A DNA stretch of 64,000 nt, from the NCBI GenBank assembly GCA_964584785.1, contig CAZPBY010000012.1, positions 56,590-120,589 on the forward strand, in the 5' to 3' direction. This document shows, piece after piece, positions 37,001 to 48,100 of the stretch (the first letter of the stretch is position 1; every line of letters begins with the position of its first letter). The notes under the pieces are model-generated. The model was not told where the DNA came from. It saw only the letters and a program-made list of their open reading frames with translations, and searched no databases. The position numbers were made by a program, and so were the translations under genes. The DNA comes from an uncultured Solibacteraceae bacterium (lineage in GTDB: Bacteria > Acidobacteriota > Terriglobia > 20CM-2-55-15).

Positions 37001-40000
37001 TAACACTGCAATCGGGGCTTGTGGCAGCCACTGCTTCGACGGACACCGTTGCTCCCTCGTCCACGATAACTTCGCCTGCTACTGGGGCGGCCTTCAGCTT
37101 CGGTAGTACCTTGACGATAACCGGTACGGCCGCTGACACCGGTGGTGGCGTGGTCGGAACAGTGGAAGTATCCACGGACGGTGGTGTTACCTGGCGCCGA
37201 GCGACGGGCAGGCAGAGTTGGAGCTACACCTGGACAGCTTATACATCGGGATCCATCAACATCAAAAGCAGAGCCGCAGACGATAGCGGCAACCTGCAAG
37301 TCCCGGGCGCCGGCATCAACGTCACAGTGGCAGCACCATTATGCCCATCCACAACTGTATCGTGCTTCAGTCTTTGGAACAGCAGCGCGACTCCTACCGT
37401 TGCCTCTGCCAACGATGCCAGTTCGGCAGAGGTTGGCGTGAAATTCAAGTCCGATGTGAACGGATACGTAACCGCTGTTCGTTTTTACAAGGGCACTCAA
37501 AATACCGGCAACCACATCGTAAACCTCTGGACAAGCGCCGGTACGCTGATGGCAACCGCGCCGACCGTCAACGAAACCGCATCAGGCTGGCAACAGGCCA
37601 ACTTCGCCTCTCCCGTTGCGGTAACCGCCAATACGACCTACGTTGCTTCTTACTTCACGCCCACGGGTTTCTATTCTTATTCACGACCATACCTTACATC
37701 CGGCTTCGACAACGCGCCATTACATGCGCTCGCGGATGTAGCTTCGGGGGGTAACGGAGTTTATCGCTACGGCGTGGCGTCAGGCTTTCCGACCAGTGCC
37801 TATCAGGCATCCAATTTCTGGGTGGACGTTTTCTTCACTACGGCAACACCGTCGGACACGACGCCACCGGTCATCAGCGCGGTTCAGTCCGCCGGTGTAA
37901 CCTCAAACGGAGCGACCATTACATGGAGTACCAACGAGGCATCCGACAGCCAGGTCGAATACGGTACGACCACAAGCTACGGATTGAGCACGCCGGTCGA
38001 TTCCAATCTTGTTTTAAGCCATTCGCAGCAGCTTTCGGGTCTCACTGCTGGAACGTTGTATCACTACCGCGTGAAGAGCAAGGATGCGTCCGGCAATCTT
38101 GCGGTGTCTGCCGACTTCACTTTTTCGACTCCCGCAGGCTGTTCCTGCGACGTCAGTCTTTGGAATAACAGTCCTACCCCCGGCTCCAGCACGGATGGAA
38201 GGGCTCTCGAAATAGGTGTGAAGTTTAAGTCGGACGTGAACGGGTATATCAAAGCGATCAAGTTCTATAAAGGGCCACAGAACACCGGTTCCCATACGGC
38301 GAATCTATGGACCAGCACCGGTACTCAGTTAGGACAGGCTCTGTCCAGCGGAGAAACGGCAACGGGCTGGCAGACCGTTAATTTTTCTTCGCCGATCGCG
38401 ATCACCGCCAATACGGTTTACGTCGCGTCTTACTTCACAACGTCTGGATTTAATGCCGTCACCAACGGCTATTTTACTTCCGGCTTTGACAACGCACCAC
38501 TGCATGCCCTGTCGGACGCAAGTGCCGGAGGAAATGGACTCTACCGATTCGGCTCAACCTCGGGGTTCCCGAACAGCAGCTATCAGGCTTCGAACTACTG
38601 GGTGGATGTTGTGTTTGCCACGACAATCGCCACGGATACCACCCCACCGGTCATCAGCAGTGTCCAGGCGGGATCGATTACAACCACGACCGCCACGATT
38701 ACATGGACCACGGATGAGGCGTCGGACTCTCAGGTCGACTATGGGACCACAGCCAGCTATGGCTCGAGCACTCCGCTGAACTCATCTTCCGTTACGAGCC
38801 ATTCGCAGCAGATTACGGGTCTCACAGCAGGAACGTTGTATCACTACCGTGTCAGGAGCAGGGATGCAGCCGGCAATACAGCCAATTCGTCGGATTTGAC
38901 ATTCTCGACGACTGCCGATACCACAGCGCCGGTGATCAGCAGCGTCCAGGCCGGTTCGATCACAGCCACGTCGACGACGATTACCTGGAGTACAGACGAG
39001 GCGTCGGATTCTCAGGTCGAATATGGAACAACAATCAGCTACGGGTTGACGACGACGCTGAATTCCACTCTCGTCACCAGCCACTCCCAACCGCTTACCG
39101 GATTGGCTGGTGGTACGCTGTACCACTACCGCGTCAAGAGCAAGGATGCAGCCGGCAATCTGGCAGTCTCGGCAGACTTCACATTCACCACAATAGCGCT
39201 GGATACGACGCCGCCGGTTGTCAGCAATGTCCAGGCCGTCTCCATCACGACGACGTCGGCGACGGTCACGTGGAGCACCGATGAAGCATCCGACACTCAG
39301 GTGGATTACGGAACGACGATCAGTTACGGTTCGTCCACTACTCTGAATTCCTCGCTGGTCACCAGCCACTCGCAACCTCTTGCAAGTCTGACGAGCGGCA
39401 CGTTGTATCACTATCGAGTCCGAAGCAAGGATGCAGCCGGCAACCTGACAGTCTCGGCAGATTTCACTTTCACGACTACCGCAGCGGATGTCACTCCTCC
39501 GGTTATCAGCGGTGTTCAGGCGGGTTCGATTACCGCCGCGGCGGCTACGATCACCTGGAATACCGATGAAGCATCGGACAGTCAAGTGGATTACGGCACC
39601 ACGACCGGTTACGGGTCGTCAACAACGCTGAACGCCTCGCTTGTCACCAGTCATTCGCAGCAGCTCACGAGCCTGACCACCGGGACGTTGTACCACTATC
39701 GCGTCAGAAGCAAGGATGCCGCAGGCAACACGGCCGTGTCCGCCGATTTCACGTTCACGACGCTCGCATCCTGCAACTGCGACGTCAGTCTTTGGACCAC
39801 GAGCATCACTCCCGGAAATAGTACGGATTCTCGCGGCGTCGAAGTTGGGGTAAAGTTCAAGTCCGACGTTAACGGTTTCATCAAAGCGATCAGGTTCTAT
39901 AAGGCGAGTCAAAGTACCGGCCCGCACACGGTAAGTCTCTGGAGCAGCACCGGAGCCTTGTTAGGACAGGCACAAACGACGTCGGAAACAGCGTCGGGAT

Positions 40001-40266
40001 GGCAGACGGTGAACTTCGCTACTCCGATAGCGATAACGGCCAACACCGTCTACGTCGCGTCCACATTTTCGCCTTCGGGTTATAACGCCCAGACCGTCTT
40101 CTACTTCAACTCGGGCTTTGACAATCCTCCGCTGCATGCTCCGGATAACGGCTCGTCGGGAGGGAATGGTGTCTATAGGTTTGGGACGACAGCTGGTTTT
40201 CCGACGAGTAGCTATCAAGCATCCAACTACTGGGTGGACGTGATTTTTGCTACTTCGATTCCTTAG
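34087..40266 (+). CDS. 2059-aa secreted multidomain protein. Order of modules: signal peptide; ~3 ANP-type beta repeats; a large DmfA2-like (N,N-dimethylformamidase large-subunit-like) domain; an Ig-like domain; DUF4082 #1; Fn3; DUF4082 #2; 5 tandem Fn3; DUF4082 #3.
   Basis: Three copies of the DUF4082-like module (SLWN..TP.......EVGVKFKSDVNGY..A.RFYKG.QNTG.H..NLWTS.G...Y.AS..W.DV.F). Fn3 units of the form TTPPVIS.VQAGSIT...ATITW.TDEASDSQV.YGTT.SYG..T.LNS.LVTSHSQ.L.GL..GTLYHYRV.S.DAAGN. N-terminal repeats GITLANPSDQ... and GFAIANPNLV... are shared with gene 7216. Confidence 0.8.
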   Translation: MVGRRSCRIRLRTLISLSLLASSRQQAQTPTGISAEASRTVHESAAILTYTNPAGIVVSRAGVNPTEPLKSGLIFVDQTGPTTGITLANPSDQSASPTLILRDESGRETARRTLDLAAKQDSDVTISELFPGLPDGFRGTLAFESDQPLAGNGFRENINAYGESILSSVPAVDSASPLSAEPLVLPHIAAAGGTTDVVLVNTADQRVRGTIRLIGPSGKPLAMRLSDHIGSQFGYEIEAGGVYRGRFESLSAGAAGYAIVTPNDGDSTPTGMLIFQATSGRGLVSEAIVAVNERPTTSARVFVDNATARTGFAIANPNLVSTTVSFALLDANGTAVGKVTTELAPRGYSAVFANELFPQLVDGFEGLLDITAPLPVVPISLMVALNERNDPILTSLDIVDLDHPLESQSLVFPQTSFGLQAAARLIAIEASRDSSAGVILTLSQLDSTQLHSLSLSGSANQSGSQSGKKPVAFAPGNAPRLSVAATCDPLLQNPIMSEYQLTGNPQIEWDVTGAGDSSIQGFASEISVNKGETVFFKVSTPSTSYRLDIYRLGYYAGAGARKITTVNPSVVLPQNQPACLTDSTTGLIDCGNWAVSASWAVPLTAVSGVHIAKLVRQDGSTVSSHIVFIVRDDASTSDLLFQTSDTTWQAYNSYGGNSFYTGSPASRAFKISYNRPFNTRVTNTNSWLFGAEYPMIRFLEANGYNVTYFTDIDTDRRASLLLQHKVFLSVGHDEYWSAAQRTNVENARAAAINLAFFSGNAVFWKTRWENSIDGSNSPYKTLVCYKETHANAKIDPTPVWTGTWRDPRFSPPADGGRPSNSLKGTLFSVNGPRSDAIAVPSTYAPLRFWRNTTVASLSSGQTATFPVGTLGYEWDEAPDGPNAPPGLVTMSSTTLDVSPSYLLNYGSTFGSGIATHQLTLYKHSSGALVFSAGTVQWAWGLDNIHDGSAPAPDVRMQQATINLFADMRAQPLTLQSGLVAATASTDTVAPSSTITSPATGAAFSFGSTLTITGTAADTGGGVVGTVEVSTDGGVTWRRATGRQSWSYTWTAYTSGSINIKSRAADDSGNLQVPGAGINVTVAAPLCPSTTVSCFSLWNSSATPTVASANDASSAEVGVKFKSDVNGYVTAVRFYKGTQNTGNHIVNLWTSAGTLMATAPTVNETASGWQQANFASPVAVTANTTYVASYFTPTGFYSYSRPYLTSGFDNAPLHALADVASGGNGVYRYGVASGFPTSAYQASNFWVDVFFTTATPSDTTPPVISAVQSAGVTSNGATITWSTNEASDSQVEYGTTTSYGLSTPVDSNLVLSHSQQLSGLTAGTLYHYRVKSKDASGNLAVSADFTFSTPAGCSCDVSLWNNSPTPGSSTDGRALEIGVKFKSDVNGYIKAIKFYKGPQNTGSHTANLWTSTGTQLGQALSSGETATGWQTVNFSSPIAITANTVYVASYFTTSGFNAVTNGYFTSGFDNAPLHALSDASAGGNGLYRFGSTSGFPNSSYQASNYWVDVVFATTIATDTTPPVISSVQAGSITTTTATITWTTDEASDSQVDYGTTASYGSSTPLNSSSVTSHSQQITGLTAGTLYHYRVRSRDAAGNTANSSDLTFSTTADTTAPVISSVQAGSITATSTTITWSTDEASDSQVEYGTTISYGLTTTLNSTLVTSHSQPLTGLAGGTLYHYRVKSKDAAGNLAVSADFTFTTIALDTTPPVVSNVQAVSITTTSATVTWSTDEASDTQVDYGTTISYGSSTTLNSSLVTSHSQPLASLTSGTLYHYRVRSKDAAGNLTVSADFTFTTTAADVTPPVISGVQAGSITAAAATITWNTDEASDSQVDYGTTTGYGSSTTLNASLVTSHSQQLTSLTTGTLYHYRVRSKDAAGNTAVSADFTFTTLASCNCDVSLWTTSITPGNSTDSRGVEVGVKFKSDVNGFIKAIRFYKASQSTGPHTVSLWSSTGALLGQAQTTSETASGWQTVNFATPIAITANTVYVASTFSPSGYNAQTVFYFNSGFDNPPLHAPDNGSSGGNGVYRFGTTAGFPTSSYQASNYWVDVIFATSIP
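38641..39770 (+). repeat. Four tandem near-identical ~285-bp coding repeats (Fn3 units 2-5 of the six) inside gene 34087.
   Basis: Fn3 copies 2-5 begin at about 38641, 38921, 39211 and 39496. The more diverged copy 1 begins at about 37861, and DUF4082 copy 2 lies between Fn3 copies 1 and 2. Protein identity between tandem copies is high. The antisense ORF 38782-39585 is a repeat artefact. Confidence 0.8.
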
Positions 40267-40288
40267 TTCCGGCGAGGTGGGGCGAGGT

Positions 40289-40954
40289 TTAAACGAGGTG
40301 TTTTGTAATCCAGTCTTCGGCGCCGTTGCTTGATGCCAGCTTGAGAACCGGATTCACGTCATAGAGCCGTTCGATTCGCTCGACCGTGAGATCGCTGGTA
40401 TCGATCACCATTGCGCAAGCCGTCGCTTTCAACTCGCGCGACTGACCTACTGAACCGGGATTGAGCAGGTAGGGCTTCTTGTCGGTCCGGCAAACGACGC
40501 GATGCGTTTGCCCGAAGAGGATCACGTCGTAGTCGAATTCACTCAGCCGGTCGAGAGCCGCAGAACCGGGATACATGTAATCCTCAATCGTACGCCACGG
40601 ACTGCCATGAACCATGAGGAAAGTCCGACCGTCGAGTCGTCCGGACCAGGTCAGAGGGAGTTCGGATAGCCATCGGCGGTTCTCGTCTGAAATGCTCTGT
40701 CGCGCAAACTCGACACCGAATCGGACACTCGCCGGAACATCGTCCGGACAGCCGTAGAGCAGAAAGTAGTCATGATTGCCGAGGATAGACCGCACGCCCA
40801 TGGCACGAACGTAGTCCATCACCTCATTTACCTGGCAATAGTATCCGGTGAGGTCACCGGCGCAAAGAATCCGATCGGCCGATTCGAGGACATCGCTCAA
40901 CGCCTTCAATGCTTCGAAATTTGCATGAAGATCACTGATCAGGGCGATGCGCAT
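40289..40954 (-). CDS. Metallophosphoesterase (calcineurin-like phosphoesterase, YfcE-like).
   Basis: MRIALISDLHANFEALKAL...ILCAGDLTGY...LGNHDYF carries the DxH...GD...GNHD/E motifs. Confidence 0.85.
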   Translation of the reverse strand: MRIALISDLHANFEALKALSDVLESADRILCAGDLTGYYCQVNEVMDYVRAMGVRSILGNHDYFLLYGCPDDVPASVRFGVEFARQSISDENRRWLSELPLTWSGRLDGRTFLMVHGSPWRTIEDYMYPGSAALDRLSEFDYDVILFGQTHRVVCRTDKKPYLLNPGSVGQSRELKATACAMVIDTSDLTVERIERLYDVNPVLKLASSNGAEDWITKHLV

Positions 40955-40958
40955 AGGC

Positions 40959-42095
40959 TTAATGCAGGATGTGAGTCAATGGAGTATCGACGGTGAGAGG
41001 GCTGACATCTCCGGGAACTTCGGGCATCGCTTCCTTTCGCATCCCGTAATCTTCAACTTCCAGTTCGTACAATTTTGGATTATCGAGCACGCTGGATTTG
41101 GACAATGTCGCGTAAGCGTCCGTATCGACGTACACTTCGTTCCAATAACGCAGCATGATTCCTTTTGTAATCCGAGGAAGGTCGACCGCCGGCTCACCGA
41201 GCGCGTAGTGGCGAATCGCGGCCTCGACTTCATTGAAGCCCAGCCGGGCTCGCACTGGAGTCGTTCCCGAGAATCGGACGTTCACCTCGAAGCAGACCGG
41301 ACGCCCACCGGACGTCCTGAGCTGGATGTTGCAGGGCCCCATGGGCCTCAAGGCCTGAGCAATCCGGACAGCCTCTTCACACACGTCGTCAAAACGTCCG
41401 ACTTCCGCGCGGGCCGTGGTTCCGCTGAGAAGATCGCGGCGCATGGCAATCGCTCCGCGGACTTTGCCTTCGCTGTCGCTGAAGCATCCGACGGTGTACT
41501 CGTGATCGGCGTCACCAAGTAACTCCTGAACGATATAGTCATTCCGGCTGCCGATGAATGCGAGATCGGCATCGTTGCGCAGTTCGAAAATGCCCCGCCC
41601 CCCTTTCCCGTTCAGCGGCTTTGCGAACAAAGGGTATCCGCACTCGGCGACAAGCGCCGCCAGCCTCTTCGTATCGGTTGAAGACGCGTAGCGGGGAAAG
41701 TTAAGGCCCTGCTGCTCCAGCCACTGGCAAGTGAGCAGCTTGTCACCACCAATACGAATAGCTTCCGGGCTACTCACGATGCAGATCGCGCCCGTCCGCT
41801 CTCGAATGAATTGAACGTGTTCCGACAGGACCGCAAGCACCGGTTCAACACCGGACAGGATGACGCCCACGCCCTCAGCCACCGATGTCTCGATCAGCCA
41901 GGGCAGGAAATCCGGACTTGCCGCCGGCGGACATACGTACGAACGATCGACGGTATACAAACCCATCGCTAGCGGACTAACACATGCACCCACAACTCTG
42001 CAATCGAGGTTGCTCAAAGCAAGAGCCTTCAGAATGCCTTGGCTGACAGAGCCTCCCACTCCAAGTACAAGCACTGTCAGCTTCTCGTTTTTCAT
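40959..42095 (-). CDS. ATP-grasp domain protein (carboxylate-amine ligase-like).
   Basis: 378 aa. N-terminal pre-ATP-grasp Rossmann region (LTVLVLGVGGSVSQGILKAL). Central ATP-grasp region (YPLFAKPLNGKGGRGIF). Overlaps the start of the downstream metallophosphoesterase closely. Confidence 0.7.
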   Translation of the reverse strand: MKNEKLTVLVLGVGGSVSQGILKALALSNLDCRVVGACVSPLAMGLYTVDRSYVCPPAASPDFLPWLIETSVAEGVGVILSGVEPVLAVLSEHVQFIRERTGAICIVSSPEAIRIGGDKLLTCQWLEQQGLNFPRYASSTDTKRLAALVAECGYPLFAKPLNGKGGRGIFELRNDADLAFIGSRNDYIVQELLGDADHEYTVGCFSDSEGKVRGAIAMRRDLLSGTTARAEVGRFDDVCEEAVRIAQALRPMGPCNIQLRTSGGRPVCFEVNVRFSGTTPVRARLGFNEVEAAIRHYALGEPAVDLPRITKGIMLRYWNEVYVDTDAYATLSKSSVLDNPKLYELEVEDYGMRKEAMPEVPGDVSPLTVDTPLTHILH

Positions 42096-42166
42096 ATCAA
42101 AACCCCGCGTAGACGCCCCCTTTTAACATGTGGCCCGCCGTTCGACCAGAGATGTTTTTACGGCGC

Positions 42167-45100
42167 TTACTGTATGAATTGGAATGCGCCGATATCCCAG
42201 GCGGATCCTATAGGCCGCTTCTTTCCAGCGAAATCCACATCGAACCCGGTCGCATGTAAATCAATTCCCCGCTGGACCGCCGGGTTGTTCGACTTCAGGT
42301 GGAAATTACCGTTCGCCGGATCGACAAACAAATCTGCGTTCGACGGCAGCGATTGAGAATGAGGTCCTTCCTGCCAACCGTTTGAGATGAGGGTTCCATT
42401 CACGAGAATGTTGTAATCACTATCGACTACGGTCGAATCAAACGCAGCGAGTTCAAACGTGCCGAACGGCACGTTAGCAAGGAGATTGTTCCGCACAATG
42501 ATTTTCTTCCCATGAGCAACGCCAATGCCGACACCGTTCAGGGTGTTGTTGAATATTTGGACATCGAGGTTAAAGGTGTACGGATACCTGTCCGATTCAT
42601 CGCCGGCGACGGCGATGCCTGAAGCAGAGTTGGAAATCACGTTGTTACGAATGACAGTTCCGTTCTGGTTCAACAGCGCGCTGAGGGCATAGCCGTTCCG
42701 GTCGAGAATCTGGTTGTTTTCGATGAGGTAGTCCGTCCTGTCGACCGGAACGTTGTCCAATCCCGGAATGACACCGAGCGAAACGATACCGCTCGAAAAC
42801 GCGTTTCCGCCCTTGAGCACGTTGCCGCGGATCGTGACGTTTCTCAATCCCGCTTTCAAATCGATCTGGTCGGTTTCTCCACCATTCGAGTCGGACTGAT
42901 CCAAAAGATTGTTCTCGATCAGAATGTCGCTATGCGTATTGCCCCACAGGAGGCAGCCACCGTCACCCAGGTAATTTCCGGAAATGTATATCGCCTCGCC
43001 ATAGCCTCGTTCGACGACGTTGTTTCGCAGCGTAATGTCCTCGAGATTGCCAAACACGGCGGCGCAGTTGACGTTAACCGCAGCGTGAAAAATCACGCTG
43101 GGTCCCGTGTTCAACAGATCGTGAATGTGCATGTACTCAACGACCGTCGAGTTTCCCGCAAACGCGACGCGCCCCGTGGTTCCGCTTACATCGAATCCGC
43201 GAATGGTGGTGTAGTGATTCGGGAAATCGGTGAACGGCGACTGAACGCCAATTGAAAGTCCGCCGGTAGTAATGCTGACGTTGAACTTGTTCGTGCCGGA
43301 GTAATCCACCCAGGATGGCGCGTCATCGTTCGTGTTGTACTTCGACATGCCATCGAGCGTGAGCCGGTTTGTTCCAATATCGGTGCGCCAGAGGTTGATT
43401 TCCTTGTTTTCGATTTCCGGCGTGTCGGATGTTGCTTGACGCGCGCTGTAGTACACGATCACGTTGTTTGTGGCCAGAGCAGCATTGACCGCAGTCCACT
43501 GCTCGTTCGGCCGATCGGTCGCAAACCTCTTCCATGGATGTGCAGCGCTTCCATCGCTGATCAAGCCGGTATAAGTCGGATCGACATAGAAAGCGGTTTG
43601 ACTCTCGGCCGACAGTACGGCGACGGTTGTGCTCGCCGTGTCGGTGACGATGCCGTCGCTGACAGTGAGATCAAAGCCGTACACTCCTGCCATCGTGAAC
43701 GAAGCTGTCGTGGTGAGTGCCCATGGCGCCGAAAACACCGCCTGCGCCGGCCCGCTTGTCTGCTTCCACTCCACGGTGTAAGACACATCGTCGACGCCGC
43801 TCACATGCCCGAACAGACTCACGTCGCGCACAGGAAGAGCGATGGTTTTCAGCGGTCCTGTATCCACGGTGATCGAAACAGGGTTGACCGTGACCTGGAC
43901 GTCGCTGCTTCCTGAAAAAGGCCCATGTGCCGCCGTCAACCGAAGCTTGTAGTGTCCGGGTGCTGAAAAGTTCGCAGTTGCGGTGAGGGAAGCCGGGTCG
44001 CTGAACGTCACCTCGCCCGGGCCACTTACTTTGCTCCACGTTGTGCCGAAGCCTGCGCTGTGCGGAACCTCTTCCGCCGATCCCGCCATCGTGGCCGCGG
44101 CGGGCAACCTGACGGTCTGGTCCGGTCCGGCGTTCACAGTGATCGTCGGCGACGCCGTTACGGTGAGATCGCTGATGGCGGTATACGGACCTTCCGTCCC
44201 TGTGAAACGCAGGACGTAGGTACCCGCTTCGGAAAACTCGGCGGTACTTTCCGGGAACGCCGAATTGCCGAACGACACGTCGCCCGGGCCGCTCACCTTG
44301 CTCCACAACACGGTGAACGATTCGCTGGCCGGAAATACGGTCGCCGAACCTGCAAGCGAAATCAGTCCCGGCAGCTTGACGTCTTGATTGGGTCCTGCGA
44401 CCACCGTGACGGTAGGTGTCGCGATCACCGTCAGATCGCCGGCCGCCAGCAGAGGAGGATCGTTCGCGGTCAAGCGCAGCACGTAAGTCCCCCACGCGGA
44501 AAATGTCGTTGTGGAAGATGGAGAAGCAGCGTTGTCGAACGTAACGTCGCCCGGGCCGCTTATCTTGGTCCACAGTATCGTACCGTTGGCGCTCAGGCCT
44601 TCGACGGTTCCGGGCAGAGTCAGCGACGCCGGCAATTTGACGTTCTGAGTGGGACCCGCATTCACGGTAAGCGCGGGGGCAACGGTTATCGTGATGTCGC
44701 TCGACGCACTAAACGGTCCGTCTGTCGACGTCAGCCGCAAGACATACGCTCCCCAGATAGAGAAGGCAGCGGTCGAATTGACAGATGACGCATTACTGAA
44801 CGTGACGTCGCCCGGGCCGCTGACTTTGCTCCACGATGTCGCGAACGCAGCGCTTGCGGGCGTTGAATTCGCCGTGCCGGCAAGCGTCGCCGTAGCCGGA
44901 AGCTTGATGTTCTGATTTGCCCCGGCATTCGCCGTGATCGTCGGTGTTGTCGTTATCGTCACATCGCTGGTTTCGCTGAAGGGACCGTCGCTGGACGTCA
45001 ATCGGAGGACATAGGTGCCCCACGCCGAGAAAGTCGCTGTCGTATTCAAAGAGGCTGCATTCGCAAATGTGACGTCGCCCGGGCCGCTCACTTTGCTCCA

Positions 45101-48100
45101 GGCTGTCGCGAATGCACCGCTCGCCGGAGTCGAAGTGCCGGATCCAGACAGTGTGGCCTCCGCGGGCAGCTTGACGTTCTGATTCGCCCCGGCGTTCGCC
45201 GTGATCGTCGGAGTAGTCGTCACTGTCAAGTCGCTTGTCTCGCTGTATGGAGCATCGGTCGCCGTCAGCCGCAACACGTAAGTGCCCCACGCCGAAAAAC
45301 TCGCGGTCGTGCTTAAGGACGACGCGTTGCTGAACGTGACGCTCCCGGGACCACTCACTTTGCTCCAGGAAGTTGCAAACGTCGCCGTCGCCGGAGTCTC
45401 CGTCGCTGCGCCGGCCAGGGATGCCTCGGCGGGCAGCTTTACATTCTGATTGGCCCCAGCTGTAGCCGTAATGGTCGGGCTGGCGGTGATCGTCACGTCA
45501 CTGCTGGCGTTGTGAGGTCCGTCCGAGGCGGTCAGCCGCAGCACATAAGTTCCCCACGCCGAAAAACTGGCTGTTGTGGCGGGCGACGTCGCATCAGCGA
45601 AGGTCACCTCGCCCGGTCCACTGACTTTGCTCCACGCTTTCGTGAACCCAGCGGAGGCAGGAGTTTCACTGGCACTACCGGAAAGCGTAGCCGTCGCAGG
45701 CAGCTTAACGTTCTGATTGGCTCCCGCCGAAGCCGTGATCGTCGGCGTGGCGGTAATCGTCAGTTCGCTGATTGCACTGAACGGCCCGTCTGTTGCGGTC
45801 AGGCGCAAGACGTACGTGCCCCAGGCTGTGAAATCCGCGGTAGTGGCGACGGAATTTGGATTGGCGAACGTGACGTTTCCTGGTCCGCTCACTTTGCTCC
45901 ACACAGTCGTGAAGCCCGTACTGGCTGGGGTTTCGGCCGCAGCAGCTGCAAGCGTGCCAGAGGCCGGCAGTTTCACATTTTGATTAGGGCCGGCGGTGGC
46001 CGTGATCGTTGGCGTCGTGGTAATCGTGACATCGCTGATTTCGCTGAACGGGCCATCCGTCGCTGTTAACCGCAGGACATACGTTCCCCATGCAGAAAAA
46101 CTCGCGGTTGTGCTCGAGGACGCGGCGTTAGCGAATGTGACATCGCCAGGACCGCTCACTTTGCTCCACGCAGTCGCGAATCCGGCGGCCGTCGGAGTTT
46201 CAGTCGCAACTCCGGCGAGCGCTGCCGCAGCGGGGAGTTTGACATCCTGATTGACGCCCGCGGAGACAGCAATCGTGGGTGTGGTGATGATCGTCACCTC
46301 GCTGGTGGCGCTGAAAGGGGTGTCCGTCGCCGTCAGCCTCAAGACATATGTTCCCCATGCGGAAAAACTCGCCGTCGTGTTCAAAGACGCAGCGTTAGCG
46401 AACAAGACGTCGCCGGGACCGCTGACCTTGCTCCACGCCGTCGCGAATCCAGCCCCCATCGGCGTTTCACTCGCACTTCCCGCGAGTGCTGCCGCAGCAG
46501 GCAGCTTCACATTCTGATTAGGTCCGGCCGCTGCAGTGATCGTAGGTGTTGTGATGATCGTAACGTCACTCGCCGCATTGAACGGTCCGTCCGTCGCAGT
46601 CAAACGCAGGACGTAGGTTCCCCACGCCGAAAAAGTCGCTGTTGTGACTGGAGACGCCGCATTTGCGAAAGCGACATCGCCTGGACCGCTCAGCTTGCTC
46701 CATGCGGTGGCGAATCCCGCGCTCAACGGGATCTCACTGGCATTGCCCGACAGCGTAGCGGCCGCAGGTAGCTTCACATTCTGATTGGCTCCGGCGCTGA
46801 CCGTAATGGTCGGTGCTGCGGTTACTGTGAGTTCGCTGATCACACTGAAGGGACCATCCGTCGCGGTTAACCTCAAGACATATGTCCCCGACGCTGAGAA
46901 ATCCGCCGTCGTGCCCGGAGAGGCTGGATTGGCGAACACCACGTTCCCAGGGCCGCTTACCTTGCTCCATAACGTTGTGAACCCGGCGCCGCGCGGTGTC
47001 TCACCGGCAATTCCGGCAAGTACGGCCGACGCAGGCAGCATGATGTTTTGATTGGCACCGGCGGTGGCGGTGATCGTGGGTGTGGTGACGATTGTCACGT
47101 CACTCGACACACCGAACGGTCCGTCCGCCGCGGTCAAACGCAGCACGTAGGTGCCCCACGCCGAAAAAGTCGCTGTTGTGACTGGAGACGCCCCATTTGC
47201 GAAAGCGACATCGCCGGGACCGCTGACCTTGCTCCACGCGGTGGCGAATCCCGCGCTCAACGGGATCTCACCCGCATTGCCGGACAGCGTCGCGGCCACA
47301 GGGAGCTTCACATTCTGATTGGCACCGGCGCTTACGGTAATGGTCGGTGTTGCGGTTACTGTGAGTTCGCTGATCACACTGAAGGGACCATCCGTCGCGG
47401 TTAACCTCAAGACATATGTCCCCGACGCTGAGAAATCCGCCGTCGTGCCCGGAGAGGCTGGATTGGCGAACACCACGTTCCCAGGGCCGCTTACCTTGCT
47501 CCACAACGTTGTGAATCCGGGGCCGAGCGGCGTCTCACCGGCAATTCCGGCAAGTACGGCCGACGCTGGCAGCATGATGTTTTGATTGGCACCGGCGGTT
47601 GCGGTGATCGTGGGAGTGGTGACGATTGTCACCTCACTCGCCGCATTGAACGGTCCGTCCATCGCAGTCAAACGCAGGACGTAGGTTCCCCACGCCGAAA
47701 AAGTCACCGTTGTACCTGGAGAGGCAGCATTTGCGAAAGCGACATCGCCCGGCCCGCTCACCTTGCTCCACGCAGTTGCGAACCCCGGACTCATCGGCGT
47801 TTCACTGGCATTGCCCGACAGCGCAGCGGCCAAAGGGAGCTTCACATTCTGATTGGCTCCGGCGCTGACCGTAATGGTCGGTGTTGTGGTTACTGTCACT
47901 TCGCTGATCGCAATGAAGGGACCATCTGTCGCGGTTAACCGCAAGGCATATGTTCCCCATGCCGAGAAATCGGCCGTCGTGTTCGGCGAGGCTGGATTAG
48001 CGAATAGGACATTCCCGGGGCCGCTTACCTTGCTCCATAACGTTGTGAATCCGGAGCCGAGTGGTGTCTCACTCGCAATTCCGGCAAGTACGGCCGACGC

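Noticed and set aside
38782-39585. 267-aa antisense ORF within the Fn3 tandem repeats of gene 34087.
   Set aside because: It exists only because the 285-bp repeat keeps an antisense frame open. Its Arg/Gly/Cys-rich composition is typical of high-GC antisense translation.
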